Positions 10,601 to 18,653 are shown, counted from the stretch's first letter. The stretch: 32,000 bases of DNA from Candidatus Saccharimonadota bacterium (GCA_020632335.1 JACKFV010000001.1:540001-572000); one strand, 5' to 3'. Notes: a model not told the origin generated them from the letters alone. Made by a program: numbers and translations.

Positions 10601-13600
10601 TCCGGCCTTCCCCTACAGTGTGGATATGATCCTCTACACCAGTCTGAGCGCGGGGGATATGAGCCCGAATAACAACTTCGGGGAGGTGCGCAGCTATGCC
10701 ATCGCGCTGGAGAAAACGGCCGATAACGTGATCGTGGCACCTGGGGAGACCATCACCTATACGCTGGTGGTAGAGAATATCGGGAGTGCGGCGCTGCCAG
10801 CGGTGGTGGTGACGGACGTCCTGGACAGCCAGGTGACCTATGTGGCTGATAGCATCACCATCGACGGGGTGCCCTTTGCAGACGCCTCTGCGGAGGTGGA
10901 CGTGAGCGGCCTGCCGACTATGGTGATCACCCTGCCCATGAGCCTCACAGGCGCTACGCCTAGCACGCCGGGGCAAACGGTAGCCATCACCTATAGCGTG
11001 ACGGCACCGACGGGCACACCGGGCATCACTGAGCTGCTGAATACCGCTAGCGCCACAGACGACACCTGCGACTGCAGCGCGAGCGATGACGAGACGGTTT
11101 ATGTGACGCCAGACAGCCAGGCCATCACCGTGAGTAAGGGGGTGACGAGCACGAGCACCGCGGGCACCCAGGTGTACCACCCTGGCGAGGGGATCGGCTA
11201 TAGCTTTACACTGGAGAATACGGGCAATAGCGTGCTGAGTAACGTAGCGCTGCGCGATATTCTCCCGGCAGAGACGGTATATGACGTGACGATGCCGGTG
11301 AGTTATAGCTCTACGGCGGGCACGGGGCCGAGCATGCCGAGCATTGTAGACCTGCAATACGACGCTCTGGCGCATGAGATCACCGGTATGGTGCCGCTGC
11401 TCTACCCTGGGGCGACCGTGACGGTCACCTACCAGATGACCGCGGCGAGCGTGACGAGCACGAGCCTGGCCACGAATATCGTTACGGTAGAGGACGACAA
11501 TAACAACGCTGCGGCTGATGACGCGACCGTGGTGGTGGATCCTCTCCCCGGTGCCGTGTATATCGAGAAGACGATTACTCCGAATGTGGCCCTGCCGGGG
11601 GACACACTGACCATCAGTTTTGTGGTGGAGAATACTGGTACGGGCGTACTGAGCGACATGGTGATTACGGATAATGACCTGGCGCTGAGTGTCTTTGACT
11701 GCGCTGCGCTGAGCGTGCCGGGGGACATTACCCTCACCGGGAGTGCGGCCAGCAAGGTAGACAGTGCGGGTATCACTTATGATGCTGGCGCTGGAGCGCT
11801 GACCATCCCCTTCGCGGGAGAGGTCATCCCGGGGGAGAGCGTTCTCATCAGCTTTGCCTGCACAGCGGCTCTGGTAGCGCAGGACACTACCGAGACCAAC
11901 ACCGTCACCGTTACGGCTCTGGCGCCTGACATGACCACCGTGAGCGACGCTGACGATGCGGATGTCACCGTACAGCTGGCTGGGGGGCGGATAGACCTCG
12001 AGAAAGTGACCGATAAAAATCTCTACAGTGTAGGAGAGACTATAGTCTTCACCCTGACTGCTACGAATACCGGCACTGAAGCCTTGACAGATGTAGTGCT
12101 GCGTGATGACCTGGCCGCGGCCAGTATGAAGGATGTGGACTGCTCTGCGCTGAGTGTACCGGCTGACGTGACCCTGGGCGGTAGTGCTGCTGGCGCGGTG
12201 ACAGACGTGAGCCTGGTAGGCAGTACCCTTACCGTCTCCGCCAGTAGCATGGCACCGGAGGACACGCTGAGCATGAGTTTCTCGTGCATTGCGGGGGTGG
12301 TGAGCGTGCCCGAGACCTTCATCAATACCGCTACGGTAGAGGCCACAGACCCTACCGACGCTACGGTAACAGACACCGCCACGGCTGATGGGAGCATCAC
12401 CCCGCTGAGTGTGGGGATAGAGAAATCCGTCTCGCCGATCGTCTACACCCCCAGTGCGACGGTACGCTACACCGTGGTGGTGACGAATGAGAACGCTAGC
12501 ACCGCGCTGGCAGGGCTGCTCTTCACCGACCCTCTGGACCCCCAGCTGACCTATGTGCCCGAGAGCGTGACGATAGACGGCCTGCCCCTGGCGGACGCGG
12601 GCCCTGAGGTAGACGTGACCACGCTGCCGACCCTCACCATAGCGTTGCCAGAGATACCTGCTGGAGCGAGCATAGTAGTGGCCTTCAGCGTGACGGCCCC
12701 GGCGGAGGTAACGGGCCTGACGCAGATAGACAATACCGCCACCGTGACCGACCCCACCAGCGGCTATAGCGTGAGCGATGATGCGCCGGTAGTGGTCTAT
12801 GACCCGAGTAATCCGCAGCTGCGCATTAGCAAATCCGCGGAGCAGACCCTGCTGCTCCCCGGCGATTCCGTGCACTATACGGTGGTGGTAGAGAACATCG
12901 GGGCTGTGAGCGTGAGCCCGCTAGAGGTGGAGGATGTCCTCCCTGCGGCCATAGCGTATGACGCGCTGCACCCCAGCAACGTGACGGTGACGCTGAGTGG
13001 CCAGGCGCCGGTGGTGGATCCGAGCGCTTATAACGCCACTACTGGCGCCATCGACTACTCCCTGGGGACCTTCCTCCCCGGGCAGGTGCTGACGATAGAC
13101 TACTACGGCATTGCGGACCCGGCCATCACCGCGCTGACCGTGGTGCCAAATACCGCCACTGCGAGTAACGGCAACGGCCTGCAGGTGAGTGATGACGAGA
13201 TAGTGGTAGTAGACCCCAGTACCGTGCCAGGGCCAGACACCCTGGAGATAGCACTGGACAAGCAGGTAGAGGGGGGTAGCCAGTATTACGCGGGGGATAC
13301 CGTGACCTATACGCTGACGGTATCTAACCCCACCGGAGTAGCACAAGACTCCCTCGTGCTGACCGATGACCTGACCGCCCTGGCGCCGGAGATGAGTTAC
13401 ATCACGGGGTCTGCGAGCATCACCGGAGGGAATACCATTAGCCTGGTGGGCACGGTACTAACGGCACAGATACCCCTGCTGGGCATAGGGGAGACCGTAA
13501 CGGTGACCTATGAGATGCTGGTGGACAGCGCCATCACACTGCCAGCGTATAAAGTTAACACCGCGGTGCTGACGGATACCGACACCGGTGACAGCACCGA

Positions 13601-15356
13601 CGACAGTGAAGTCGTGGCCGTGACGCCGTATGAGCGTACGGTGCGGCTGACCAAACTCGCTAGCCCTACAAACCCTCACCCTGGGGAGGAGGTGGAGTAT
13701 ACCCTGGAGGTAGAAAACACCGGGAACATCTCTCTGACGGGCGTGGTGGTGAGTGATAGCTTTGACTCCCATATGGGGTATGTACCGGGGACGCTCACGC
13801 TGGACGGCCTCCCACAGCCGGATCCTCTCGCACTCCCCGTGATGGAGGTGCTGCTCCTAGACCCCTTCCTGGTAGGGGAGGTGCACCAGATCACCTATAC
13901 GCTGCGGGTAGACCCAAGCATTACCGCGCCAGTGGTGGTGCCCAATACCGCCAGCGTGACCGATGACACGGGGCAGGCCACTGCTGAGGACGACGCCCGG
14001 GTGGTGGTGACCCTGGGGTCGAGTACGACTACCGGCACCACCGGTACTACTACCGGTAGCACCACCACGGGGACGACCACCGGGAGTGTGGCCACCGGGA
14101 CCACCACCGGCATGACGACGGGAACCACCACCGGCACGACTACTGGCACGACCACCACGGGGAGTACTACTGGCACTACTACTGGTACGACTACGGGTAT
14201 GACCACCACGGGCAGTACGACCACTGGTACGACTGATGGTACGACGACGCTGACCCTCACTCGGCCGCCAGCGTATATACCCGCACCGGTGCTGGAGGCC
14301 GCTCCACAGACCCCTGCACGAGAGGCAGATGACATGCGCCGCCTGGAGGAACTGCCGCAGACGGGCTATGCCGAGAACCTCTATAGTGTGTTTGATACGG
14401 TAGATCTGGCGGAGAACTTCCGCAGTATCCTCCGAGAATTTGGTGCTGAGAGTCCCTTTGCCGATATGATGGCAGACCATGTGTACTATAACCCTGCCTT
14501 TGAGCTGCAGCTGCAGGGTGCGGTGCGCTTCCCTCAGGATGACACGGGCTACTACATCGCGCAGCCAGACGCGGTGCTGGAGACCGGGCAGATGCGCGAC
14601 ATCCTTGGCTTTGCGCTGCGGGAGGACCACGCCATGCGGGAGAAACTTTATGGTACTGGTGAAGAGAGCCTGCCAGCAGACACCCCCGTGACGGTAGAGA
14701 CCGCCAGCCGGGCGATACTCGTGAATAGTGGGCTTCTCTTGCCCGAGGCTGAGAGCGGCATAGACCTGCGGGAGGATGGCGCCTACAGCCGTATGGCGAC
14801 TTACCTGCAGGTGCTGCCACTCCCACTGCAGACCGCCACCACCACCACTACGGTGACCCACGGAGAGTTCTATGCCATCCTCTACCGGGTGCTGTGGCTG
14901 CACGATACCGGCCATGAGCGTTACCCGCAGGTGATGACCTTTACGGCTCCTACAGCGGGAGTGGGGCAGACCCCCGTGACCATGAGCCTGCTGAGTAACC
15001 GGGACGCCTATATACCGGCACTGAGTAAGGGGGTCATGCTCTATGAGGACATCCGGCCCGAGTATGACGGGGTGCGGCATATCGTGGGGCATAGTAGCCA
15101 GGTACGGAGTGGACGACGCTCTCCGTATGACAGAGCGCTGGCGCCGCTCGTCGGGCACCTGCAGGTGGGAGAGAGCGTGACGCTCACCACTGACGGCGTG
15201 ACCGAGACCTACCGGGTGAGTAGCGTGCACCGCCGACACCAGGACGACGTATCCATCTTGAAAGAGCTGGACCCGAGTGTGGGCATGACCATCACCACCT
15301 GTGACTGGGACATCACCTACCGCTGGGTGTGGCATCTGCAGCCCGTGACGGACTAG
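4668..15356 (+). CDS. Giant multidomain adhesin-like protein (3,562 aa): GLUG region, SdrD-B-like Ca-binding repeats, about 11 DUF11 modules, Thr/Gly linker, LPQTG motif, C-terminal sortase-like domain
   Basis: Uninterrupted 10.7-kb ORF ending at TAG 15354-15356. The start is either GTG 4668 or ATG 4680 and cannot be resolved from sequence. The domain calls rest on motifs read in the translation (see sub-features). No N-terminal hydrophobic signal peptide is visible (N-terminus ILEMVSATEPPAGAVPITTC). Confidence 0.9.
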   Translation: MILEMVSATEPPAGAVPITTCTELQAMQAGVEIDYYLANDIDCNGVNFVPIGDGTGFAQFPPDFDTAFVGRFFGNGYRISNLSININKRDFLGLFGAVYDGDLHDVILVDVNVSGDGSHIGSLVGYQLGGVITRSGAWGTVKTSGVGENIGGLVGVNMNGMIKNSYSQMQVDAPEAWNVGGLAGQVNGRVQRSYWEGYQVIGDWNTGGLIGQSHVDAVVDETNTVSVYGIEDVYARGEVQCNGTYCGGLIGEHMGSLVRAYFDGVVVGKFWVGGLIGATGISYDPSAPHETLVQDVFAVGKFVDSSGAPGGIVGLKTFGTDIITHARWYDASGTAVSCAAGGSTGAGITDCSVEVSETFCQDFNNDPINSWDSTAVWETNPDGCPSLRWPNTSILAPYGTYETLIESTGNLVAWDNLLIVDVLNDGYMEHEVGRWDGTACVYDLGIGPAPAGTDGTGLWDASGIDQSYTTLCFLSHLYAEEPGTAGGSTGSPSDHTSSITPGLDAWIMSYVTDVVPDFTFAVWVADPGSVTTIDNTVCIETSTPETTEDNNCSDEQHIIRLAAIRTEKQVDLTAADAGDTLTYTIAVCNDGPYDAEDIVVEDALPDNVAFISSSPAEATPGVALWNVGTLGVGMCGTITVTAAIDAAPPVQAGDALMNQACATTSTGQLDTTDDCDSVTTLIAQLANVWIEKDGILPTASIAQPYYYTLTYGNNGNTDADDAVILDMLDSNVSFVSVTPASTSPSGLTPSCVHDGSPTGGQITCTFSGTASLCDSTNNDACLPDGETGTIAIEVLVADDTALINNPADPAQPIRLYNTVEISTVTPEVDTNDNTDTHDVPVVLSALSGIEGQVFVDHNGDVVLAFGDDSPIEDVLVYVYGQDIWGNIYAPDPLAYPAYYDAAMAAMGLPYVSSNPAPSNFYALAPDTTDGNGEYSFTGMFPGTYSVQEVQPLGYNSTGSRGGVNLGAGNDGTGTVQGGSDTDLITAITLSEGVVSLGNDFGEGLGSLGDQLWFDIDADGIYAPSAGDLGLNGVTVSLYDSLGTLLATTVTGSSPLTGTPGWYTFTDLLLDDGSGTRDYTVVVTDTAGILAGMSSTHTVHGGPTTANGTTDNEARDPAGYTLTLSPSVTEHLFADFGYTGPVGFLGDTVFYDANQNGIWEDTIDTPLANIEISLYRDSNGNGVYDVLSDTLVATQLTDASGYYQFQSLLYDDYLVVVTDGLSGLSGAWSSTHGAAGENPTTSVVTNTDDHARDPQGYAITLDALHSSDQTADFGYWGPVGSIGDQVFYDTDGDGLYNNDDTGVPGVTLALYSDQNGNGVVDSGDLLVSTTVTDSTGLYSFTNLSVDAGAGSAAYIVVVTDDDAVLLGYSSTDGVSTTPADGDAKDPAGYSVTLTPSVPDVTLVDFGYQGGSIGDTLFFDANGNGVYDAGDTAVPAGVEVTLYDETGAVFATTFTDGTGAYSFPNLPLDDGDGATTWTVVVTDSAGILDGYPSTDGVSSTPDDGDAKPPTGYIVTLDGTTPMTTDHTAADFGYLYQADISVEKTVDNATVLPGDTLIWTITVTNNGPSPATGVVLYDPLPAGVTYVSDSSGGTAAPAVVVDYNPVTGLWTLPAALQNINDTLSLSITTTVAAGTEGDTLRNVAALQTLDQTDTDPTNNSDDAETTVRGGEIGSLLWVDYNGNGIQDDGPVTVPGIAGVTVELWWDSNEDGTVDTLYGVQVTDASGAYLFTDLPVLQSDLITGVTYEVRVEGTSLAAAGWAMSDSTHGASPDPSPSNASDDEHDNAAHDPVATTVVLHPSDVSETDADFGFVSASALAALSGYVFEDLSQDTFFDGTESGIDDVEVVLFGVDLYGNYYGPDPSHPLYDGVILYLGLNPLQYNSASGLTPAEYFIIDPALTGPHGATPGYTTDPSWAQGYYGWDGLVPGMYSVWEYHPAAESDPSYSVLDAYTSTGSHAGSALGTPDDGEGSYENNPADPSNPAFPYSVDMILYTSLSAGDMSPNNNFGEVRSYAIALEKTADNVIVAPGETITYTLVVENIGSAALPAVVVTDVLDSQVTYVADSITIDGVPFADASAEVDVSGLPTMVITLPMSLTGATPSTPGQTVAITYSVTAPTGTPGITELLNTASATDDTCDCSASDDETVYVTPDSQAITVSKGVTSTSTAGTQVYHPGEGIGYSFTLENTGNSVLSNVALRDILPAETVYDVTMPVSYSSTAGTGPSMPSIVDLQYDALAHEITGMVPLLYPGATVTVTYQMTAASVTSTSLATNIVTVEDDNNNAAADDATVVVDPLPGAVYIEKTITPNVALPGDTLTISFVVENTGTGVLSDMVITDNDLALSVFDCAALSVPGDITLTGSAASKVDSAGITYDAGAGALTIPFAGEVIPGESVLISFACTAALVAQDTTETNTVTVTALAPDMTTVSDADDADVTVQLAGGRIDLEKVTDKNLYSVGETIVFTLTATNTGTEALTDVVLRDDLAAASMKDVDCSALSVPADVTLGGSAAGAVTDVSLVGSTLTVSASSMAPEDTLSMSFSCIAGVVSVPETFINTATVEATDPTDATVTDTATADGSITPLSVGIEKSVSPIVYTPSATVRYTVVVTNENASTALAGLLFTDPLDPQLTYVPESVTIDGLPLADAGPEVDVTTLPTLTIALPEIPAGASIVVAFSVTAPAEVTGLTQIDNTATVTDPTSGYSVSDDAPVVVYDPSNPQLRISKSAEQTLLLPGDSVHYTVVVENIGAVSVSPLEVEDVLPAAIAYDALHPSNVTVTLSGQAPVVDPSAYNATTGAIDYSLGTFLPGQVLTIDYYGIADPAITALTVVPNTATASNGNGLQVSDDEIVVVDPSTVPGPDTLEIALDKQVEGGSQYYAGDTVTYTLTVSNPTGVAQDSLVLTDDLTALAPEMSYITGSASITGGNTISLVGTVLTAQIPLLGIGETVTVTYEMLVDSAITLPAYKVNTAVLTDTDTGDSTDDSEVVAVTPYERTVRLTKLASPTNPHPGEEVEYTLEVENTGNISLTGVVVSDSFDSHMGYVPGTLTLDGLPQPDPLALPVMEVLLLDPFLVGEVHQITYTLRVDPSITAPVVVPNTASVTDDTGQATAEDDARVVVTLGSSTTTGTTGTTTGSTTTGTTTGSVATGTTTGMTTGTTTGTTTGTTTTGSTTGTTTGTTTGMTTTGSTTTGTTDGTTTLTLTRPPAYIPAPVLEAAPQTPAREADDMRRLEELPQTGYAENLYSVFDTVDLAENFRSILREFGAESPFADMMADHVYYNPAFELQLQGAVRFPQDDTGYYIAQPDAVLETGQMRDILGFALREDHAMREKLYGTGEESLPADTPVTVETASRAILVNSGLLLPEAESGIDLREDGAYSRMATYLQVLPLPLQTATTTTTVTHGEFYAILYRVLWLHDTGHERYPQVMTFTAPTAGVGQTPVTMSLLSNRDAYIPALSKGVMLYEDIRPEYDGVRHIVGHSSQVRSGRRSPYDRALAPLVGHLQVGESVTLTTDGVTETYRVSSVHRRHQDDVSILKELDPSVGMTITTCDWDITYRWVWHLQPVTD
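4716..5616 (+). other. GLUG-motif region of the giant protein
   Basis: The opening is typical of GLUG-domain surface proteins: PITTCTELQAMQ...YYLANDIDCNG..FVPIG...F.G.F.GNGYRISNLSI......LGLFG. Repeated G-G-L-[VIA]-G motifs follow: IGSLVGY, IGGLVGV, VGGLAGQ, TGGLIGQ, CGGLIGE, VGGLIGA, PGGIVGL. Confidence 0.7.
7686..9266 (+). repeat. Four tandem units of about 132 aa each, SdrD-B-like / Cna-B-like with D-x-[DN]-x-[DN]-G calcium-type loops (in-frame coding repeat)
   Basis: The units begin LGDQLWFDIDADGIY, LGDTVFYDANQNGIW, IGDQVFYDTDGDGLY and IGDTLFFDANGNGVY. Each continues with G[VI]xVxLY.D..G....T..TD..G.Y.F..L and ends with ADFGY. Related single units flank the block at about 7203-7680 and 9661-10693. 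Confidence 0.75.
14019..14249 (+). repeat. Thr/Gly-rich low-complexity linker (77 aa) encoded by an imperfect ACN-ACN-ACN-GGN microsatellite-like tract
   Basis: Translation: SSTTTGTTGTTTGSTTTGTTTGSVATGTTTGMTTGTTTGTTTGTTTTGSTTGTTTGTTTGMTTTGSTTTGTTDGTTT. It lies in frame inside the giant ORF, about 100 nt (34 codons) upstream of the LPQTG motif. Confidence 0.9.
14352..14366 (+). other. LPXTG-type sortase recognition motif (LPQTG, aa 3229-3233), internal rather than C-terminal
   Basis: The codons ctg ccg cag acg ggc were read directly. The context is RRLEELPQTGYAENL. About 330 residues follow and contain no hydrophobic membrane segment. Confidence 0.6.
14982..15353 (+). other. Sortase-like catalytic domain at the C-terminus of the giant protein
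   Basis: The motif order and spacing match the sortase fold: AYIPALSKGVMLYED, then IVGHS (His3475, nt 15090-15092), then L.VGE.VTLTT.G.TETYRV, then D.SIL, then MTITTC (Cys3545, nt 15300-15302), then YRWVWHL (Arg3552). Compare S. aureus SrtA: IAGHT, LTLITC and a downstream Arg. This is motif-level evidence only. Confidence 0.65.
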
Positions 15357-15396
15357 CTGATAGTCAAGAGCGTCCTGCACTCTGACACACGCCCCC

Positions 15397-15424
15397 TTGT
15401 GCTTTGCCACCGGGGGGCTAGTGT
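15397..15424 (+). promoter_or_regulatory. Candidate promoter giving a leaderless PLD mRNA (TTGTGC-N16-TAGTGT, then 6 nt, then ATG)
   Basis: The TAGTGT hexamer at 15419-15424 ends exactly 6 nt before ATG 15431. The -35 match is weak. The same geometry recurs at other genes in the window. Confidence 0.3.
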
Positions 15425-15430
15425 GGGGCT

Positions 15431-16621
15431 ATGCGTGGTATACGGTCTCTTGGCGTGCGGGGGCTCCAGCTGCTGGTGATGGTGGGTCTGGTGCTGCTGC
15501 TGGGGCGGTATATGCTGGGGGGAGATACGGGGCAAGGGGCTCTGCATGAGGCGCTGCCGGGTGGCTCCTCTACGCAGACAGGGCCCTTTACGGGGGAGCT
15601 CTTTTTTAATAATCAGCTGGAGAGCACGGTGATGACCCGTGCGATCTTGCCGCTCATAGAGCAGGCGCAGCAGAGCATAGCGGTGGCGATGTATTCCTTT
15701 ACCTATCCGCAGCTGCACACGGCGCTGAATGCCGCGGTGGCACGGGGGGTTTCCGTTACCCTGGTGCTGGACCCAAGCCGCCAGGAGGCCTTTGACGCGA
15801 TGACGGCAGCGTATGGTGCGGCGGCGTACCGGGTGGTGAGTGCACACCAGGAGACCGAGCGGTCGCTCATGCACCAGAAGTTCTGGATTTTTGACGGCGT
15901 GACGCTGGCCTTTGGGTCTTGGAATGCAACGCTGTGGCAGCAGAGCTATGACCCGAGTATGCTGCTGGTGACGCGTTATCGTCCGCTTGTAGAGGCGCTG
16001 CAGATAGAATTTACCCGCCTGGCGGAGGGGCAGGGTACGTACCGAAAGCTGCGGCAGACGGGTTATCAGCCCCTGCAGGGCGTGTGGCAGACGGAAGACG
16101 GAGACCATGTGGAGCTCTGGCTGAGCCCTGGGGTACCGGGTAATAGCCTGCAGCAGCGGGTGCTGGAGCTGCTGCGTAGTGCTGCGCAGCGCATAGATAT
16201 AGCCGTCTGGCGGCTGAACGACCGTGAGGTCGCGGCTGAGATAGTGCGCGCAGCGGAGCGAGGGGTAACGGTGCGCATCCTAGTAGATGACCACTATGCG
16301 GAGGACAGCGACAGCGTGGTAGACGGGATAGCGCGGCGGCATCACTCGAACATCATGGTGCATACGGACGCGCCGCGGACCCCCCGGGTGCAGCGGCTGG
16401 GGGAGGTGCCGGCGGACTTTAACCCGTATATCCACCAGCATACGATCATGGTGGATGGGGAGACTGCGCTGAGCGGGACGAATAATTGGTCGTTTGCGGG
16501 CTACTACCGGAATGACGAGAGCGCCATCCTCAGCGATGCGCCGTGGTGGGTGGCGGGGCTGGGGCAGTCGTTTGACCAGCTCTGGGAGGAGAGCGCGCCC
16601 CTGACACTGACCGGGGAGTGA
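15431..16621 (+). CDS. Membrane-anchored phospholipase D (PLD/HKD) superfamily protein
   Basis: N-terminal anchor MRGIRSLGVRGLQLLVMVGLVLLLG. The first HKD motif is canonical: HQKFWIFDGVTLAFGSWN (15872-15925). The second motif, HQHTIMVDGETALSGTNN (16433-16486), has His in place of the Lys. The two-lobe layout is typical of PLD and cardiolipin-synthase-like enzymes. Confidence 0.8.
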   Translation: MRGIRSLGVRGLQLLVMVGLVLLLGRYMLGGDTGQGALHEALPGGSSTQTGPFTGELFFNNQLESTVMTRAILPLIEQAQQSIAVAMYSFTYPQLHTALNAAVARGVSVTLVLDPSRQEAFDAMTAAYGAAAYRVVSAHQETERSLMHQKFWIFDGVTLAFGSWNATLWQQSYDPSMLLVTRYRPLVEALQIEFTRLAEGQGTYRKLRQTGYQPLQGVWQTEDGDHVELWLSPGVPGNSLQQRVLELLRSAAQRIDIAVWRLNDREVAAEIVRAAERGVTVRILVDDHYAEDSDSVVDGIARRHHSNIMVHTDAPRTPRVQRLGEVPADFNPYIHQHTIMVDGETALSGTNNWSFAGYYRNDESAILSDAPWWVAGLGQSFDQLWEESAPLTLTGE

Positions 16622-16658
16622 TGCCGGTGAGATTCTCTCAAAAAGAATGCGGAAATGT

Positions 16659-16686
16659 TTGACAGGCCTAAAATCTCATGTATACG
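16659..16686 (+). promoter_or_regulatory. Candidate 16S rRNA promoter (TTGACA-N16-TATACG)
   Basis: A perfect -35 hexamer lies in the AT-rich spacer about 320 nt upstream of the mature 16S 5' end. The -10 match is only moderate. Confidence 0.35.
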
Positions 16687-16935
16687 ATACACGGTGCAGG
16701 GGAGACAGCTCTACATACAGGCAACCAACACTGTTACTTCTAGAGCGCTCATAGGGCAGAGGCGGATCAAAACCTCCTCCACGGCAACCCTGCAAAAGAT
16801 CTTTTCTATCTCGAGCGTAGAAACACTTGCTGTTCTTTTCGCATGGCGAAAGGACTGCGAGTGTAACAAATGTACAAACCAACGTTTATTCAACTATTTA
16901 CATTTAGTTGTGTAATTTCGATAACTTTAATTTTT

Positions 16936-16965
16936 CTCGGTTGAGGCAATATTCCGCCTCCCGAG
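16936..16965 (+). other. Stable hairpin in the 16S leader (CTCGG-tt-GAGGC / loop aatattcc / GCCTC-CCGAG)
   Basis: Ten Watson-Crick pairs were read directly, 16 nt upstream of the 16S 5' end. No T-tract follows, so it is not a terminator. It may be a processing or antitermination element. Confidence 0.4.
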
Positions 16966-16980
16966 AACATCAAACACTTA

Positions 16981-18468
<1,488 letters not shown>

Positions 18469-18653
18469 AGAGGCAAGCATGTACGTCACCGGGAGATTTT
18501 TCTCCTTTTCTTTAGACACGAACGCTCCTTCCTTTTGGTTTGTGAAGCAGCGGGAATCAACATGCGGTCGCTACGCTCGAGATTGAGGAGGTCTTTTTTA
18601 GTACCTTGAGTTTTTGAGATATTGCATTCTTTATGGTATTTCGCTAAATCAGC

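Noticed and set aside
14019-14249. Short tandem DNA repeats considered as a CRISPR-like or non-coding satellite array
   Set aside because: The units are 9-12 nt with no spacers. They are in frame and encode the Thr/Gly linker of the giant protein.
44-15410. Long antisense or off-frame ORFs overlapping the giant genes, for example 9363-12875 (-, 1,170 aa), 7344-9239 (-, 631 aa), 13857-15410 (-, 517 aa), 3177-4652 (-, 491 aa), 6174-7238 (-), 750-1625 (-), 2172-2819 (-) and 4905-5642 (-)
   Set aside because: Their translations are Arg/His/Gly/Pro-rich low-complexity strings with no motifs. They lie entirely inside plus-strand ORFs that have strong domain signatures. Such stop-free shadow frames are expected in GC-rich genes with high GC3.
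15431-16621. The PLD-family gene as a Nuc-like nuclease or anti-phage defence component
   Set aside because: No partner defence genes (helicase, methylase, ATPase and the like) are adjacent. The N-terminal membrane anchor and two-lobe size fit a lipid or envelope enzyme at least as well. The defence idea cannot be supported from sequence alone.
16686-16703. Shared motif GATAC(AC)GGTG(C/T)AGG downstream of the TTGACA boxes at 16659 and 31756, considered as a common regulatory element
   Set aside because: The motif sits 21 nt from the -35 hexamer in one case and 14 nt in the other, so it cannot play the same role in both. Two occurrences of a short motif are not significant.
16755-16785. tRNA-like fragment in the 16S leader (cagaggcggatcaaaacctcctcca, ending in ...TCCA)
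   Set aside because: The putative T-arm would have a 10-nt loop without the TTCGAAT-type sequence. No acceptor, D or anticodon arms can be drawn.
16828-16840. boxA-like antitermination element TGCTGTTCTTTTC in the 16S leader
   Set aside because: It only loosely resembles the E. coli boxA (TGCTCTTTAACA). With no comparative data it could be chance in an AT/T-rich spacer.
18492-18625. Possible terminators after the 16S (GGAGA-tttt-TCTCC followed by TTTTCTTT at 18492-18513, and GGAGGT...ACCTT followed by gagttttt at about 18585-18622)
   Set aside because: The stems are only 5 bp, contain wobble pairs or have large loops. They are too weak to call and could equally be processing stems.
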